Below are positions 27,953 to 37,556 of a stretch of 47,586 nt of DNA, in pieces; position 1 is the first letter of the stretch, and each line of letters starts with the position of its first letter. The notes under the pieces were generated by a model. That model had not been told where the DNA came from and searched no databases. It was given only the letters and a program-made list of their open reading frames with translations. The position numbers were made by a program, and so were the translations under genes. Where the stretch lies: positions 1 to 47,586 of the forward strand of contig CAZPNL010000003.1 of assembly GCA_964588145.1 (NCBI GenBank). Direction: 5' to 3'. The stretch is from an uncultured Gammaproteobacteria bacterium (GTDB lineage Bacteria > Patescibacteriota > Microgenomatia > UBA10105 > UBA927).

Positions 27953-28849
27953 ATGGGTATGAATTTCTTTCAAAAACTATTTGACGGTGGACGTGGTTCG
28001 GACATATTGGCACAAAAATTTGGATTCAATCCAGAAATCCTTTCCACTTGGGAACAGGGAAATCCAAATGGTTGTGATTACACTACCTTTCAAATACCCA
28101 AACGTCGCAAAGGTGCATATCGCACTATCACGGCACCAAATCCACCACTCAAGGCATTACAACGCCAAGTGTATAGAAATGTGCTTAAACGACTCCCGGT
28201 ACACCCAGCGTGCACAGGGTTTTCTCCAAAAAAATCAACAGTAGATGCAGCCATGCCCCATGTAGGCAAAGAAGTGGTTATACATATGGATCTCAAAGAT
28301 TTTTTTGATCACATCACCTATGATCGTATTTATAATTATTTTCGTGCGATAGGGTGGGGGAAATATGTCTCTCATATCCTTACAAATATCCTCACAAAAG
28401 ATGGCAAAGCACCACAAGGTGCGCCTACTAGTCCTATGATCTCTAATCTTATCGCATACAAGCTAGATGCTCGCATAAATAGCCTCATGGAGACATTTGA
28501 AGGCTCTTATACACGCTATGCTGATGACATTACGTTATCATTTAGATCAAGCAATATGCATTTCAAAAGCGCACTCCATATAGTATGTACCATTATTAAC
28601 GAAGAAGGTTTCAAAATCCAAAAAGCCAAAAAAATCAAAATCATGCGGCCACATGACAGGCAGGAAGTGCTATCAATCATCGTCAATAAAAAACTCAATG
28701 CGCCGAGAAAAATGCGTAGACTCATACGTGCCATGGAGCATGCTAATAGAATTGGAAAACTCCCATCACATGAATATGCAAAACTGGATGGCTACAAATC
28801 GTACATAAATATGATAAATATGGGACGAGCCAAACCTTCATTACAATGA
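27953..28849 (+). CDS. Retron-type reverse transcriptase (298 aa)
   Basis: IPK...RTITAP, LKALQR, MDLKDFF, PQGAPTSP, YTRYADD; start trimmed to ATG 27953 (or 27959), directly after the ncRNA repeat. Confidence 0.92.
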   Translation: MGMNFFQKLFDGGRGSDILAQKFGFNPEILSTWEQGNPNGCDYTTFQIPKRRKGAYRTITAPNPPLKALQRQVYRNVLKRLPVHPACTGFSPKKSTVDAAMPHVGKEVVIHMDLKDFFDHITYDRIYNYFRAIGWGKYVSHILTNILTKDGKAPQGAPTSPMISNLIAYKLDARINSLMETFEGSYTRYADDITLSFRSSNMHFKSALHIVCTIINEEGFKIQKAKKIKIMRPHDRQEVLSIIVNKKLNAPRKMRRLIRAMEHANRIGKLPSHEYAKLDGYKSYINMINMGRAKPSLQ

Positions 28850-28852
28850 TAC

Positions 28853-28881
28853 TTGAGCGTGTCTCTAAAAAAATATATAAT
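28853..28881 (+). promoter_or_regulatory. Sigma70-type promoter for tRNA-Gly(GCC)
   Basis: TTGAGC-17 nt-TATAAT. Confidence 0.6.
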
Positions 28882-28890
28882 GAAATAAGT

Positions 28891-28962
<72 letters not shown>

Positions 28963-28980
28963 CAAACAATTGTTAGTAGG

Positions 28981-30954
28981 CTAAAGTTTCTTACCCATTG
29001 GATAAATAATCTCGTAAATACTAACTTCGGAGTTTGAAAAAACTCTACTAGCGATGGTACTATTTTCAATAATCGGATAATTTGAATTTGAATTGAGATA
29101 AATATATTTAATTTTATTTGCCATCGCCAATCGTACATACGTATCTGGTTGAGCAGACTGAAAAAATTGAAAATAGACCCTGCTTCGTTCTGAAGCTTGA
29201 GGATACCCGTGAGCCTCAGTACTAAATCTTTGTGAATAATACATGGGATGTTGAGAAAACAATCCTACGTATGCTTCTACTTCATCGAGCTTATTTATGG
29301 GATCTACAATAGTTAAATAATTGATATTGGCATAATTCTTTAAATAATGTAATGCTTCAAATTCGAGTGAACTTATATGATTTGGCCGTATAAATATATA
29401 CTCATTCCAATTTACTATATGTGAATATATGCGATTGAGAGTAAATAGACCAATAATAATATAAAACCCAAAACGCAATAAAAAAGGCTTTTGTTTCATG
29501 CCGTAACTAAAAGCCGAAGCGCAATACGGCAAAACTGCATACATTGCAATAAGGATGAATACGGAACTATGATCACCTCCGCTATCTTGTAAAAAGGTAG
29601 TGCCAATAAAAATAGAAATAAGTATAGATGGAATCAGAAAAATATGAAATTCAATAGGAAATTTACCCATAGAATACCTCGTTTGAAATATCCAAAAAGA
29701 GCGTAACAAAAAATATGTAACCAAAAAGATACAGTAGAGCAATGGACCAATGACACTCCCAAGCATAAAAAAGCCAAGGTGAAAATCTACTTTTCCAAAA
29801 CGAGTTACATTATGCACTGACTGTTCCAATATTTGACTTATCTGTGGGTTAAGTTGAGACGAAATCTTCTCTAAGAGGGTTTTCCCGTGCCAAAAACCAG
29901 CAAAATGTATACCTCCAGACCCATGATTGGTAGGCAAATAGAGCGCCAAAGATAAGACTATAGTCAAAATCAATGTTGGAATTCTAACAAACTTTTTTTG
30001 CAAGACAAACCAATACCCTATAAATGCCACCCCCATGCAAAGAAATATACCCGTATGCGCTTTTATGCCCACAGAAGTTGCAATAACAATAATAATGAGA
30101 AATGAAACTATACGAGTGGGCGCTCGTAACCAAAGTACAAGTAGAGATAGTGCTGAAAATATCTGAGGAAGAGACAAGGAGGTAGTAAGATTTGCCCCTA
30201 CGCTGGGATAATTTTGACTAAAATATGCAAAAAATAAAATCCATACTTTGTATGAGTTATTTAGTTGTAATATATTAGCCAAAAGTAAAATATGTGCCCC
30301 ATACATAATCGTCATAAATGGGACGAAATAGTGTGTCAAAGTGTATATAAAAGGTAAATCAAATACGCGTACAAGATCTGCAATTACGAGGTGAGAAAAA
30401 TAGTGATAATTTTGTATATATATGCCAGACATACCAGGAGTAAAGGGTGGCATCTGTTTGAGCAATTGATACAAATGACCCAACTCTCCTACCTGGTTAT
30501 ACGTGGCAAAAGACAATGATCCATCGCGTGTTTGTACTCCCACAAACACTATGACAGTCTCTATGAGAGTAGCTAGTAGTATCAATCCCAACATTAGTAA
30601 TGATACTCTCGTAAAGCGAAATGAAAACGTTGGTAATAATGTTTTACAGCGTATTAACCAGAATATGACACATGCCAAAACATATACATAACTCAAATAT
30701 CTCACTTGAAGCATTCCGAATATATACCCTTGGAGAATCCAGAGTGCTAGTCCAGCGCTGGTTGAAAGTGTTATATTTTGCCACCAGCCAAGTTTGAGCT
30801 TGTGGACAAGTATATTACCAGGGATAGTCATCGAAAAGAGAATAGCAAACCAAAACAGTAGAAAACCCCACCAGAATCTAAAGTCAGAATATGTAAGCAG
30901 CTCAATGGGATAGTGCATGAGGATTTTTTTTGAGGCAGTGTATTGTATACCCAA
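28981..30954 (-). CDS. Large polytopic membrane protein (GT-C-like candidate)
   Basis: 657 aa, many TMs, periplasmic loop PPFTPG...NYHYFSH, soluble C-terminal domain. Confidence 0.6.
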   Translation of the reverse strand: MGIQYTASKKILMHYPIELLTYSDFRFWWGFLLFWFAILFSMTIPGNILVHKLKLGWWQNITLSTSAGLALWILQGYIFGMLQVRYLSYVYVLACVIFWLIRCKTLLPTFSFRFTRVSLLMLGLILLATLIETVIVFVGVQTRDGSLSFATYNQVGELGHLYQLLKQMPPFTPGMSGIYIQNYHYFSHLVIADLVRVFDLPFIYTLTHYFVPFMTIMYGAHILLLANILQLNNSYKVWILFFAYFSQNYPSVGANLTTSLSLPQIFSALSLLVLWLRAPTRIVSFLIIIVIATSVGIKAHTGIFLCMGVAFIGYWFVLQKKFVRIPTLILTIVLSLALYLPTNHGSGGIHFAGFWHGKTLLEKISSQLNPQISQILEQSVHNVTRFGKVDFHLGFFMLGSVIGPLLYCIFLVTYFLLRSFWIFQTRYSMGKFPIEFHIFLIPSILISIFIGTTFLQDSGGDHSSVFILIAMYAVLPYCASAFSYGMKQKPFLLRFGFYIIIGLFTLNRIYSHIVNWNEYIFIRPNHISSLEFEALHYLKNYANINYLTIVDPINKLDEVEAYVGLFSQHPMYYSQRFSTEAHGYPQASERSRVYFQFFQSAQPDTYVRLAMANKIKYIYLNSNSNYPIIENSTIASRVFSNSEVSIYEIIYPMGKKL

Positions 30955-31103
30955 AAAATCATAAATATATATGATTTTTTGAGTATAGACCCATCTAATC
31001 AGCTTTGCTACCTCTTAGAGTTGCAAACCTGAGTAAGATGGGTTTACAATAACATATACCTCTTTATGCCCGAGCTCACAAGTAGGCAATTGAGGCTATA
31101 ATT

Positions 31104-31172
31104 TGCGGGGTCGTTCAATGGTAGGTCCCTTATATTCGCATTCGCTCATATAAGGGATTAAAAACACTTGCC
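31104..31172 (+). pseudogene. 5'-half relic of a tRNA-Gln with hairpin insert after the D-loop
   Basis: TGCGGGGTCGTTCAATGGTAGG + TCCCTTATAT...ATATAAGGGA insert + ACACTTGCC. Confidence 0.75.
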
Positions 31173-31193
31173 ATCTTTGGTCATGTGTGGCGC

Positions 31194-31265
31194 TGCGAGG
31201 TCGTTCAATGGTAGGACACTTGCCTTTGGAGCAAGGTATTCTTGGTTCGAATCCAAGCCTCGCAG
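31194..31265 (+). tRNA. tRNA-Gln(TTG)
   Basis: TGCGAGG/CCTCGCA acceptor, CTTGC-CTTTGGA-GCAAG. Confidence 0.93.
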
Positions 31266-31282
31266 CGCTGCACAGGACAAAT

Positions 31283-31349
31283 AAGGTATTCTTGGTAAGC
31301 CCCGCTTCAATATAAATAAATAATGCGGGGACGAATCCAAGCCCCGCAG
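31283..31349 (+). pseudogene. 3'-half relic of a tRNA-Gln with ~35-nt hairpin in T-loop
   Basis: AAGGTATTCTTGGT + AAGCCCCGC...GCGGGGA + CGAATCCAAGCCCCGCAG. Confidence 0.8.
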
Positions 31350-31454
31350 TACTACAAGTGACTAATTTAATAGCATTTGTAATACTTATATAACATCTGA
31401 ATTATAAGCGCTCGTCAAGGTAAGTAAATTCAAAAGATTCAGTCTTTATAATAT

Positions 31455-32345
31455 TTAATTACTAAAAAACTCCCCTGGAAATCCTTTTGAGGCATTGAGC
31501 TCATAATTTTCTCTCACAAGTGCATATTCAAACGAAAAAGTATCCGTAAGTTTTTTGGGTTCCACAAAAAATAATGCTGTTGCTATCGTATCTGCCAAAA
31601 GCGTGGTATCTGCCACCACCCATGTAGCTAAAATATTTTTTGGTGATACCAAAGTATTGGGATTGATAATGTGGTGATATTTATCCCACTTCCTCCTGTT
31701 GCCTGCAGAGCCACAAATACTTTGATTTGAAACAGATGCAACACCCAAGATCTTTTTGGTATCCTGAGGATCCTCAAGGCCAATTCTTAAAGGCTTATCA
31801 GAACCGCTACGACACCGTATATCGCCTCCGGCATCAATGGCATATGTGCTTATATTCAACCCTTCGATGTACTCTGCAACAATATCTATCAGATGCCCTT
31901 TGCCTCCTGCTCCGAAATCAAGAATTGTGGATTTTTTTAAGATTAGATTCGGAAACGAATATTCGAGTGCATCGTCCCACTCTAATGCATTCTGTAGTTT
32001 TTGAGGCTTTAAACAATAGGTAGCATCATACCCAGCAGCGATCAGCACATCACCAATAAGTGGGGTAAATGCACCACCTGTGGCAATATAGAGCTTTCGA
32101 TATACTTCAACTAACACCTTTGCAGAATTCGGCAGCTTGTATAAGCCTGGGGCTCGTGCCATTTCTGAAACCAACGTATCTGGTTGAAATCTGGAGTACA
32201 CAGAATTGTATTCAGATATTATTTGATAGATATTGTGCTTCAAATCTTCTATATTTCTAAAATTTGAAGTTGTTTGAATATCAATCTGCCACCATGTACC
32301 TATGGCTTCAAACGACCAAGAAAGATATTGATGATCCTGGCTCAT
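31455..32345 (-). CDS. apbE: FAD:protein FMN transferase
   Basis: EAIGT, SRFQPDT, DFGAGGKG, DAGGDI, EDP, SGNRR-like GSAGNRR, ADTIATA. Confidence 0.85.
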   Translation of the reverse strand: MSQDHQYLSWSFEAIGTWWQIDIQTTSNFRNIEDLKHNIYQIISEYNSVYSRFQPDTLVSEMARAPGLYKLPNSAKVLVEVYRKLYIATGGAFTPLIGDVLIAAGYDATYCLKPQKLQNALEWDDALEYSFPNLILKKSTILDFGAGGKGHLIDIVAEYIEGLNISTYAIDAGGDIRCRSGSDKPLRIGLEDPQDTKKILGVASVSNQSICGSAGNRRKWDKYHHIINPNTLVSPKNILATWVVADTTLLADTIATALFFVEPKKLTDTFSFEYALVRENYELNASKGFPGEFFSN

Positions 32346-32348
32346 GCC

Positions 32349-32852
32349 TTAGGACTTTGCAGCAGTTGCTATCTTTTGAAGCGCTTCGTTAAATCCAGCA
32401 CTTGTCAGTGATGATCCAGAAACCTTATCTAGTTTTACTTCACTGATAGATTTGCCAGTTATCAAGGGCTTGTAATTTTCGACAAATATTTTTTGAAAAC
32501 CGATCGATTTTTCATCCTCAGCAAGACCTGTGACGGTGGAATCTACAATTTTTCCATCTTTTAACGTTACATCTACTTTAACTTTTTTCATTCCAGCTGG
32601 CGTTTTGTAAGAACCTTCCTCAGAATACATGCCGTCTTTATACCCAGCTGTATCCATAGTTGATATCGTAGCCTCCATCATAGCGGCAGGAGTATTTTGT
32701 GCAGCCGGTTGAGTCTCAACGGCTGGAGCAGATGGTTTGTTCATCATCTGCATGCCAACAACAGCAACGAGGACGACACTCACGAGTACTCCAACCATGA
32801 TCATGGAGGTATTTGATTTTGGGGTTTGGGTTGTTTGGTTTTCTTTATCCAT
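32349..32852 (-). CDS. Membrane-anchored FMN-binding domain protein
   Basis: YKDGMY...VTLKDGKIV...DKVSGSSLTS flavinylation motif; start trimmed to MDKENQ. Confidence 0.85.
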   Translation of the reverse strand: MDKENQTTQTPKSNTSMIMVGVLVSVVLVAVVGMQMMNKPSAPAVETQPAAQNTPAAMMEATISTMDTAGYKDGMYSEEGSYKTPAGMKKVKVDVTLKDGKIVDSTVTGLAEDEKSIGFQKIFVENYKPLITGKSISEVKLDKVSGSSLTSAGFNEALQKIATAAKS

Positions 32853-32970
32853 AATTTTTAAATTATATAGAGTACCTATACATTTGTGCAATACATACCA
32901 ATTGGTTAGTATGATACAAATATTAAATATCGTATATCTAAAAAAAGGTAAACGTGTATATACTAAATAT

Positions 32971-33561
32971 ATGTCTGAATCTGCATATGAAATCAAAGAC
33001 ACTTCGGCTAATCCTGCACCTCTAGGACTCCTCGGATTTGGCATGACAACCGTCCTCCTAAATATTCATAACGCTGGATTTTTCCCACTAAGCGCCATGC
33101 TCGTGGGTATGGGCATGTTTTTTGGAGGTATCGGACAAGTGCTGGCAGGTCTCATGGAATGGAAAAAAGGAAATACCTTTGGCACCACTGCATTTACTTC
33201 TTATGGTTTATTTTGGTTGAGCCTAGTCACGATTTGGATTTTGCCGAAGCTAGAATTGGCAGGTGCTCCTGATCCAGTGTCGATGGGTGTATATTTAGGA
33301 ATCTGGGGACTACTCACCTTTTTTCTGTTTTTAAGCACGCTACGCTTGAACCACGCTTTACAGGTTGTGTTTGCGAGCTTAACACTTCTATTTTTGCTCC
33401 TCTCCTACGGAAATTTAACTGCAAATGCCGACATTCTCAAAGTAGCAGGATTTGTGGGTATATTTTGTGGATTTTCCGCTATCTATGCGGCAGTTGCCCA
33501 AGTTACAAACGAGGTCCATGGATTTGTCGTTCTCCCTCTGGGTGTTGTAAAGAAAAAATAG
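32971..33561 (+). CDS. satP: Acetate uptake transporter, SatP/GPR1/FUN34/YaaH family
   Basis: ANPAPLGLLGFGMTT signature; GNTFGTTAFTSYG. Confidence 0.92.
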   Translation: MSESAYEIKDTSANPAPLGLLGFGMTTVLLNIHNAGFFPLSAMLVGMGMFFGGIGQVLAGLMEWKKGNTFGTTAFTSYGLFWLSLVTIWILPKLELAGAPDPVSMGVYLGIWGLLTFFLFLSTLRLNHALQVVFASLTLLFLLLSYGNLTANADILKVAGFVGIFCGFSAIYAAVAQVTNEVHGFVVLPLGVVKKK

Positions 33562-33642
33562 CTTCTTACCTTCCTCTTAAGCAATTCTTTCTGTTTGAAA
33601 TGATATAATACATCGTTAAATCATAGTGTTCACTCAATTTTC

Positions 33643-34128
33643 ATGCACAAAGTATTTCAACCACAAGCAGTAGCAAGTATCCCTTTTACCAAAGAGGGAT
33701 ATGAAAAGATGCTTGCAGAGCGCGAAGAGCTTCTCAAGAGTCGCCCTGAGGCAGTCGAGCACCTCCGGAAGGCACGCGAAATGGGGGATCTATCTGAAAA
33801 TGGATACTATCATGCATCCCGTGCAAGACTTAGCAGTTTAGATGCAAGACTGAGACAATTAGAGCGACTTCGTAGATATGGTGTCATAGTGGAAACCAGA
33901 CAATCAAATACTGTTGAATTAGGGAGCACTGTTGTACTAAAAAGTGACACAAACGAAATGACACTTACAATTGTTGGCGGATATGAATCAAATCCTCGTG
34001 AAAAAACCATTTCATTTAAGTCACCCATTGGGAGCGCGCTGCTGCACAAAAGAGAAGGGCAAATAATCACAGTGCAAGCACCGGCCGGAGCAAAAGAATA
34101 CGTAATCAAGCGTGTGTATATAACCTAA
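33643..34128 (+). CDS. greA: Transcription elongation factor GreA
   Basis: FTKEGYEK, AREMGDLSEN, ISFKSPIGSALL. Confidence 0.92.
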   Translation: MHKVFQPQAVASIPFTKEGYEKMLAEREELLKSRPEAVEHLRKAREMGDLSENGYYHASRARLSSLDARLRQLERLRRYGVIVETRQSNTVELGSTVVLKSDTNEMTLTIVGGYESNPREKTISFKSPIGSALLHKREGQIITVQAPAGAKEYVIKRVYIT

Positions 34129-34132
34129 AGTA

Positions 34133-34741
34133 TTAGGCCTTCATTTTATAAAATATCGCAGCAGCCACAGATCCAATACATGGACCTACTGTGTATAGCA
34201 ACAGCTTAGAAGCATTTGAAGTGATATTTGCTGGATCCACCAGTACCGGTGCTACTCCCACGGCGGGATTGAAAGCTCCTCCAGAAATACTACCAACAGC
34301 AAATGCTCCCGCAAGCACAGCAAGCCCTATGGCAAGCCCAAAATAACTATTTCCTTTGGCCTTTTCGTCAACTGCCACATGAAACACAACAGATACGAGT
34401 AAGAATGTAAATAATGCCTCTGCAAGATATGGGATAGCCATAAATACGTTTGCATCAGGTGCAACGACAAATGGCTTACCACTTATAATGCTTGCCAAAA
34501 TACACGCCACAAATGCACCAGACATTTGACTTAAAACATATTTGAATAACTCTTCTGATTTCAATTTTCCTATGATAAATAGTCCTAGTGATACAGCAGG
34601 ATTATACTGCGCTCCAGAGACATGTGCACCCATATACACGAGCATAGCTAGCCCCAATCCAATAGCAAGGGGATTACCAGTAAGGGCAATAATCAAAACG
34701 AGAAAAAATGTACCAACTGCTTCCATAAAATATTTTTTCAT
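34133..34741 (-). CDS. MIP family channel (aquaporin)
   Basis: Two NPA motifs (QYNPAVS, AFNPAVG). Confidence 0.92.
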   Translation of the reverse strand: MKKYFMEAVGTFFLVLIIALTGNPLAIGLGLAMLVYMGAHVSGAQYNPAVSLGLFIIGKLKSEELFKYVLSQMSGAFVACILASIISGKPFVVAPDANVFMAIPYLAEALFTFLLVSVVFHVAVDEKAKGNSYFGLAIGLAVLAGAFAVGSISGGAFNPAVGVAPVLVDPANITSNASKLLLYTVGPCIGSVAAAIFYKMKA

Positions 34742-34845
34742 ATAGTATTCCTCCGATGTATATTGTTTATATCACATTTGATAGAGTAAAGACCAGAAAG
34801 GTATGGAGACAGATAAATAGTATTTTGATGTTTGAAAAATATTAC

Positions 34846-37512
34846 CTACAACATTTTCTCAGCATACACTTCTTCACCGTTTCGCGTCATTTTAAATGAC
34901 TGTTCATCCAGAAGCTTGATCATAATAGCGTTATCAGCAAGCACATGTGCAAATATCTTTTTAATACTTCTTTTTTTAGCTATTTCAAGAACATATTCCA
35001 TGAGAATTGTACCCAATCCCTGGCCTTGCCATGGATCACCAACTGCAATTGCAAACTCAGCTGACTCACTAAAGGCATCAGCAATGATACGAGTGACTCC
35101 CAACATTTTTTTCACACCATCTATATGCGAAATAGCGACTATTGCTATCTCTCTGTCATAATCTATTTGCGTATACCGCACGAGCATGTCATGAGATACA
35201 CTCACATACCCAAAAAATCTAAACCGTTGAGTCTCTTTTGAAAATGTATTGATGAGCTCTGCCTCAAGTGGCTCATCTTCAGGCCGAATTGGACGTAAGG
35301 TTAACTCTATACCGTTATCAAGTTTGGCTTGTTTGATATATTCGGCAGGGTAGGGAGAGATACTCATGTGTGCATAGTCTGCGATAGGCTTCTTGATCAC
35401 TTCACGGTCCAGGATGATCTTGGCATCCAGCACTGCTCCTCCATGCTCATCTACTCCAAAAGGGTTAATATCAATTTCAGCAAACTCAGGAAAATCACTC
35501 ACTAGATAAGCAAATTTATACAAAAGATATTGAATAGCCTCTATGTCTACACCAGGCATATTGCGATAACCTTTGAGAAGTCTATATATTTTAGTGTCCT
35601 CTATCAGTCGTAGGGCCAATGCCATATTAAGTGGTGGTAGTCCAACTGTGGTATCCGCAAACACATCTACTGCAATTCCTCCCATACCAAAAACGATGGC
35701 CGGACCAAAAATAGGATCTTTTTTGCAACCAATGAGCAATTCATACTTTTTGGCCATCATTTTTTCGACAAGAATTCCCTCTATTTGCGCATTTGGTATG
35801 GCGGAGGTTACGGATTGAATTATTGATGTATATGCAGTTTTAGCTGCTTCAATTGAGTCAATCCCTACCACTTGGCCATGTACCTCTGTCTTATGTAAAA
35901 TATCGGGTGAGGAAATTTTAAGCACTACAGGAAAACCTATGGTAGATGCGATATTTGCAGCCTCCTCAGGTGAATGGGCAATACTACCATGAGCTGTTGG
36001 AATCTCATATGCCTCTAATACTTGCTTCGCTTCATGTTCTGTCAAATTCTCACGATACTCTCCGGCTTTTTGAATAATCGCTTTCACAGCATCTTTGTTT
36101 GGTCTAAAGGCGTGAGGGATAGTGGCAGGTGTTTCATATAGTAAATTGAGATTTTTCTTATAGCGGGACATGTTCACAAAACTTCTGGTGCCGTGTTCAG
36201 GTGTACGATAGACAGGGATTCTGGCTTGCTCCAGAAGCTGTCTGCCGTCATCCACATCTCCTTCACCCATCCATGAAGCTAATATCGATTTATCATAAAG
36301 CTTGGCCAGAGGCGTGAGAGCTTGAGCTACCGCCACAGGATGCGTCATTTTTTGTGGTGTCAGGATGACCAGGACACCATGCACATTAGGATCATTGAGA
36401 CATAGCTCTACTGCTTGTTTATAGCGCTCCGGAGTAGCATCACCCAATATATCAACAGGGTTTGACACACTGGCTGCAGCAGGAAGAACTTCGCGGAGTT
36501 GAGTTGTGGTGTGTTCTGTAAGCTGTGCCAGTTGTCCGCCTTGCTCTATCAGTGCATCAGTGGCTATTACTCCTGGTCCTCCAGCATTTGTCACTATTGC
36601 AAGACCAGGCCCTGCGGGAAGCCGTTGCATATCCAAAGTCTCCGCACTATCAAAAAGTTCACCTATAGTTTTGACACGGAGCATTCCCGCTCTTTTAAAC
36701 GCCGCATCAAAGATACGATCATTTCCTGCTAGACTTCCCGTATGGGAACGAGCAGCTTGTGTCCCCTCAGAACTCTTTCCTGATTTCAAAACGATGACAG
36801 GTTTTATACGAGATGCTGCCCTGGCTGCTGATAAGAAACTGCGTGCTCTTGTCAAAGACTCCATGTAAAGTACTATTGAACCTGTTTGAGAATCTTTGGC
36901 AAAATAATCTATCATCGTATCAAACCCAATATCAGTCATATCTCCGATAGAAACAAATGCAGAAAACCCTACATAATTTTTGTTCGCCCAATCAAGAATT
37001 GCAGTACAAAGTGCGCCGCTTTGCGAGATGAAGGCAATTTTTCCAGGATGTGCACTCGTACGAGCAAACGTGGCATTTAGCCCTTGATGAGGTCGCATAA
37101 ATCCCAAACAGTTAGGTCCAAGCAGTGGAATTTTTGCAGGTTGTGTGATATCAAGAAGCTCTTTGGCAAGCTTGGTTCCCTCAGAGCCTGTTTCGGAGTA
37201 ACCACTAGTCAATATAGCAATACCACCTACTTCTTTGGTTACTGCATCACGAAGTATTCCTGGCACGGTAGAGACGGGAGTTGCGATCATAACCGCATCT
37301 GGAGACTCAGGTAGGTCTGTAAGTTTTTTGTAAGCCTGCACGCCACCTACTGTCTCGTATGCTGGATTGACAGGGTAAAGGGTGTGTTTGTGCGTCTGCT
37401 GGATGTTTCGAAATACAGCACCAGCCACACTATCTGGTTTATCACTGGCACCTACGACTGCTATTTTTTTAGGTGAAAGAAACCGGTCAAGGTTTTGGAC
37501 AAATGAAGACAT
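34846..37512 (-). CDS. Acetate-CoA ligase (ADP-forming)-family / GNAT acetyltransferase fusion (Pat-like)
   Basis: CoA-binding (VVGAS), GPNCLG, SQSGA, SHTGSLAG, ATP-grasp (HKTEV), C-terminal GNAT (WQGQGLG). Confidence 0.92.
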   Translation of the reverse strand: MSSFVQNLDRFLSPKKIAVVGASDKPDSVAGAVFRNIQQTHKHTLYPVNPAYETVGGVQAYKKLTDLPESPDAVMIATPVSTVPGILRDAVTKEVGGIAILTSGYSETGSEGTKLAKELLDITQPAKIPLLGPNCLGFMRPHQGLNATFARTSAHPGKIAFISQSGALCTAILDWANKNYVGFSAFVSIGDMTDIGFDTMIDYFAKDSQTGSIVLYMESLTRARSFLSAARAASRIKPVIVLKSGKSSEGTQAARSHTGSLAGNDRIFDAAFKRAGMLRVKTIGELFDSAETLDMQRLPAGPGLAIVTNAGGPGVIATDALIEQGGQLAQLTEHTTTQLREVLPAAASVSNPVDILGDATPERYKQAVELCLNDPNVHGVLVILTPQKMTHPVAVAQALTPLAKLYDKSILASWMGEGDVDDGRQLLEQARIPVYRTPEHGTRSFVNMSRYKKNLNLLYETPATIPHAFRPNKDAVKAIIQKAGEYRENLTEHEAKQVLEAYEIPTAHGSIAHSPEEAANIASTIGFPVVLKISSPDILHKTEVHGQVVGIDSIEAAKTAYTSIIQSVTSAIPNAQIEGILVEKMMAKKYELLIGCKKDPIFGPAIVFGMGGIAVDVFADTTVGLPPLNMALALRLIEDTKIYRLLKGYRNMPGVDIEAIQYLLYKFAYLVSDFPEFAEIDINPFGVDEHGGAVLDAKIILDREVIKKPIADYAHMSISPYPAEYIKQAKLDNGIELTLRPIRPEDEPLEAELINTFSKETQRFRFFGYVSVSHDMLVRYTQIDYDREIAIVAISHIDGVKKMLGVTRIIADAFSESAEFAIAVGDPWQGQGLGTILMEYVLEIAKKRSIKKIFAHVLADNAIMIKLLDEQSFKMTRNGEEVYAEKML

Positions 37513-37556
37513 ACAGTCACTATACTATATATTTCGAAACGGAAGAAAGGGGAGGA

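Noticed and set aside
27953-28849. RT as DGR or group II intron RT, with the four-helix-bundle gene as Avd
   Set aside because: The motifs are PQGAPTSP/YADD rather than DGR-type; no TR/VR pair, maturase domain or intron DV/DVI was seen; the four-helix gene is 13 kb away.
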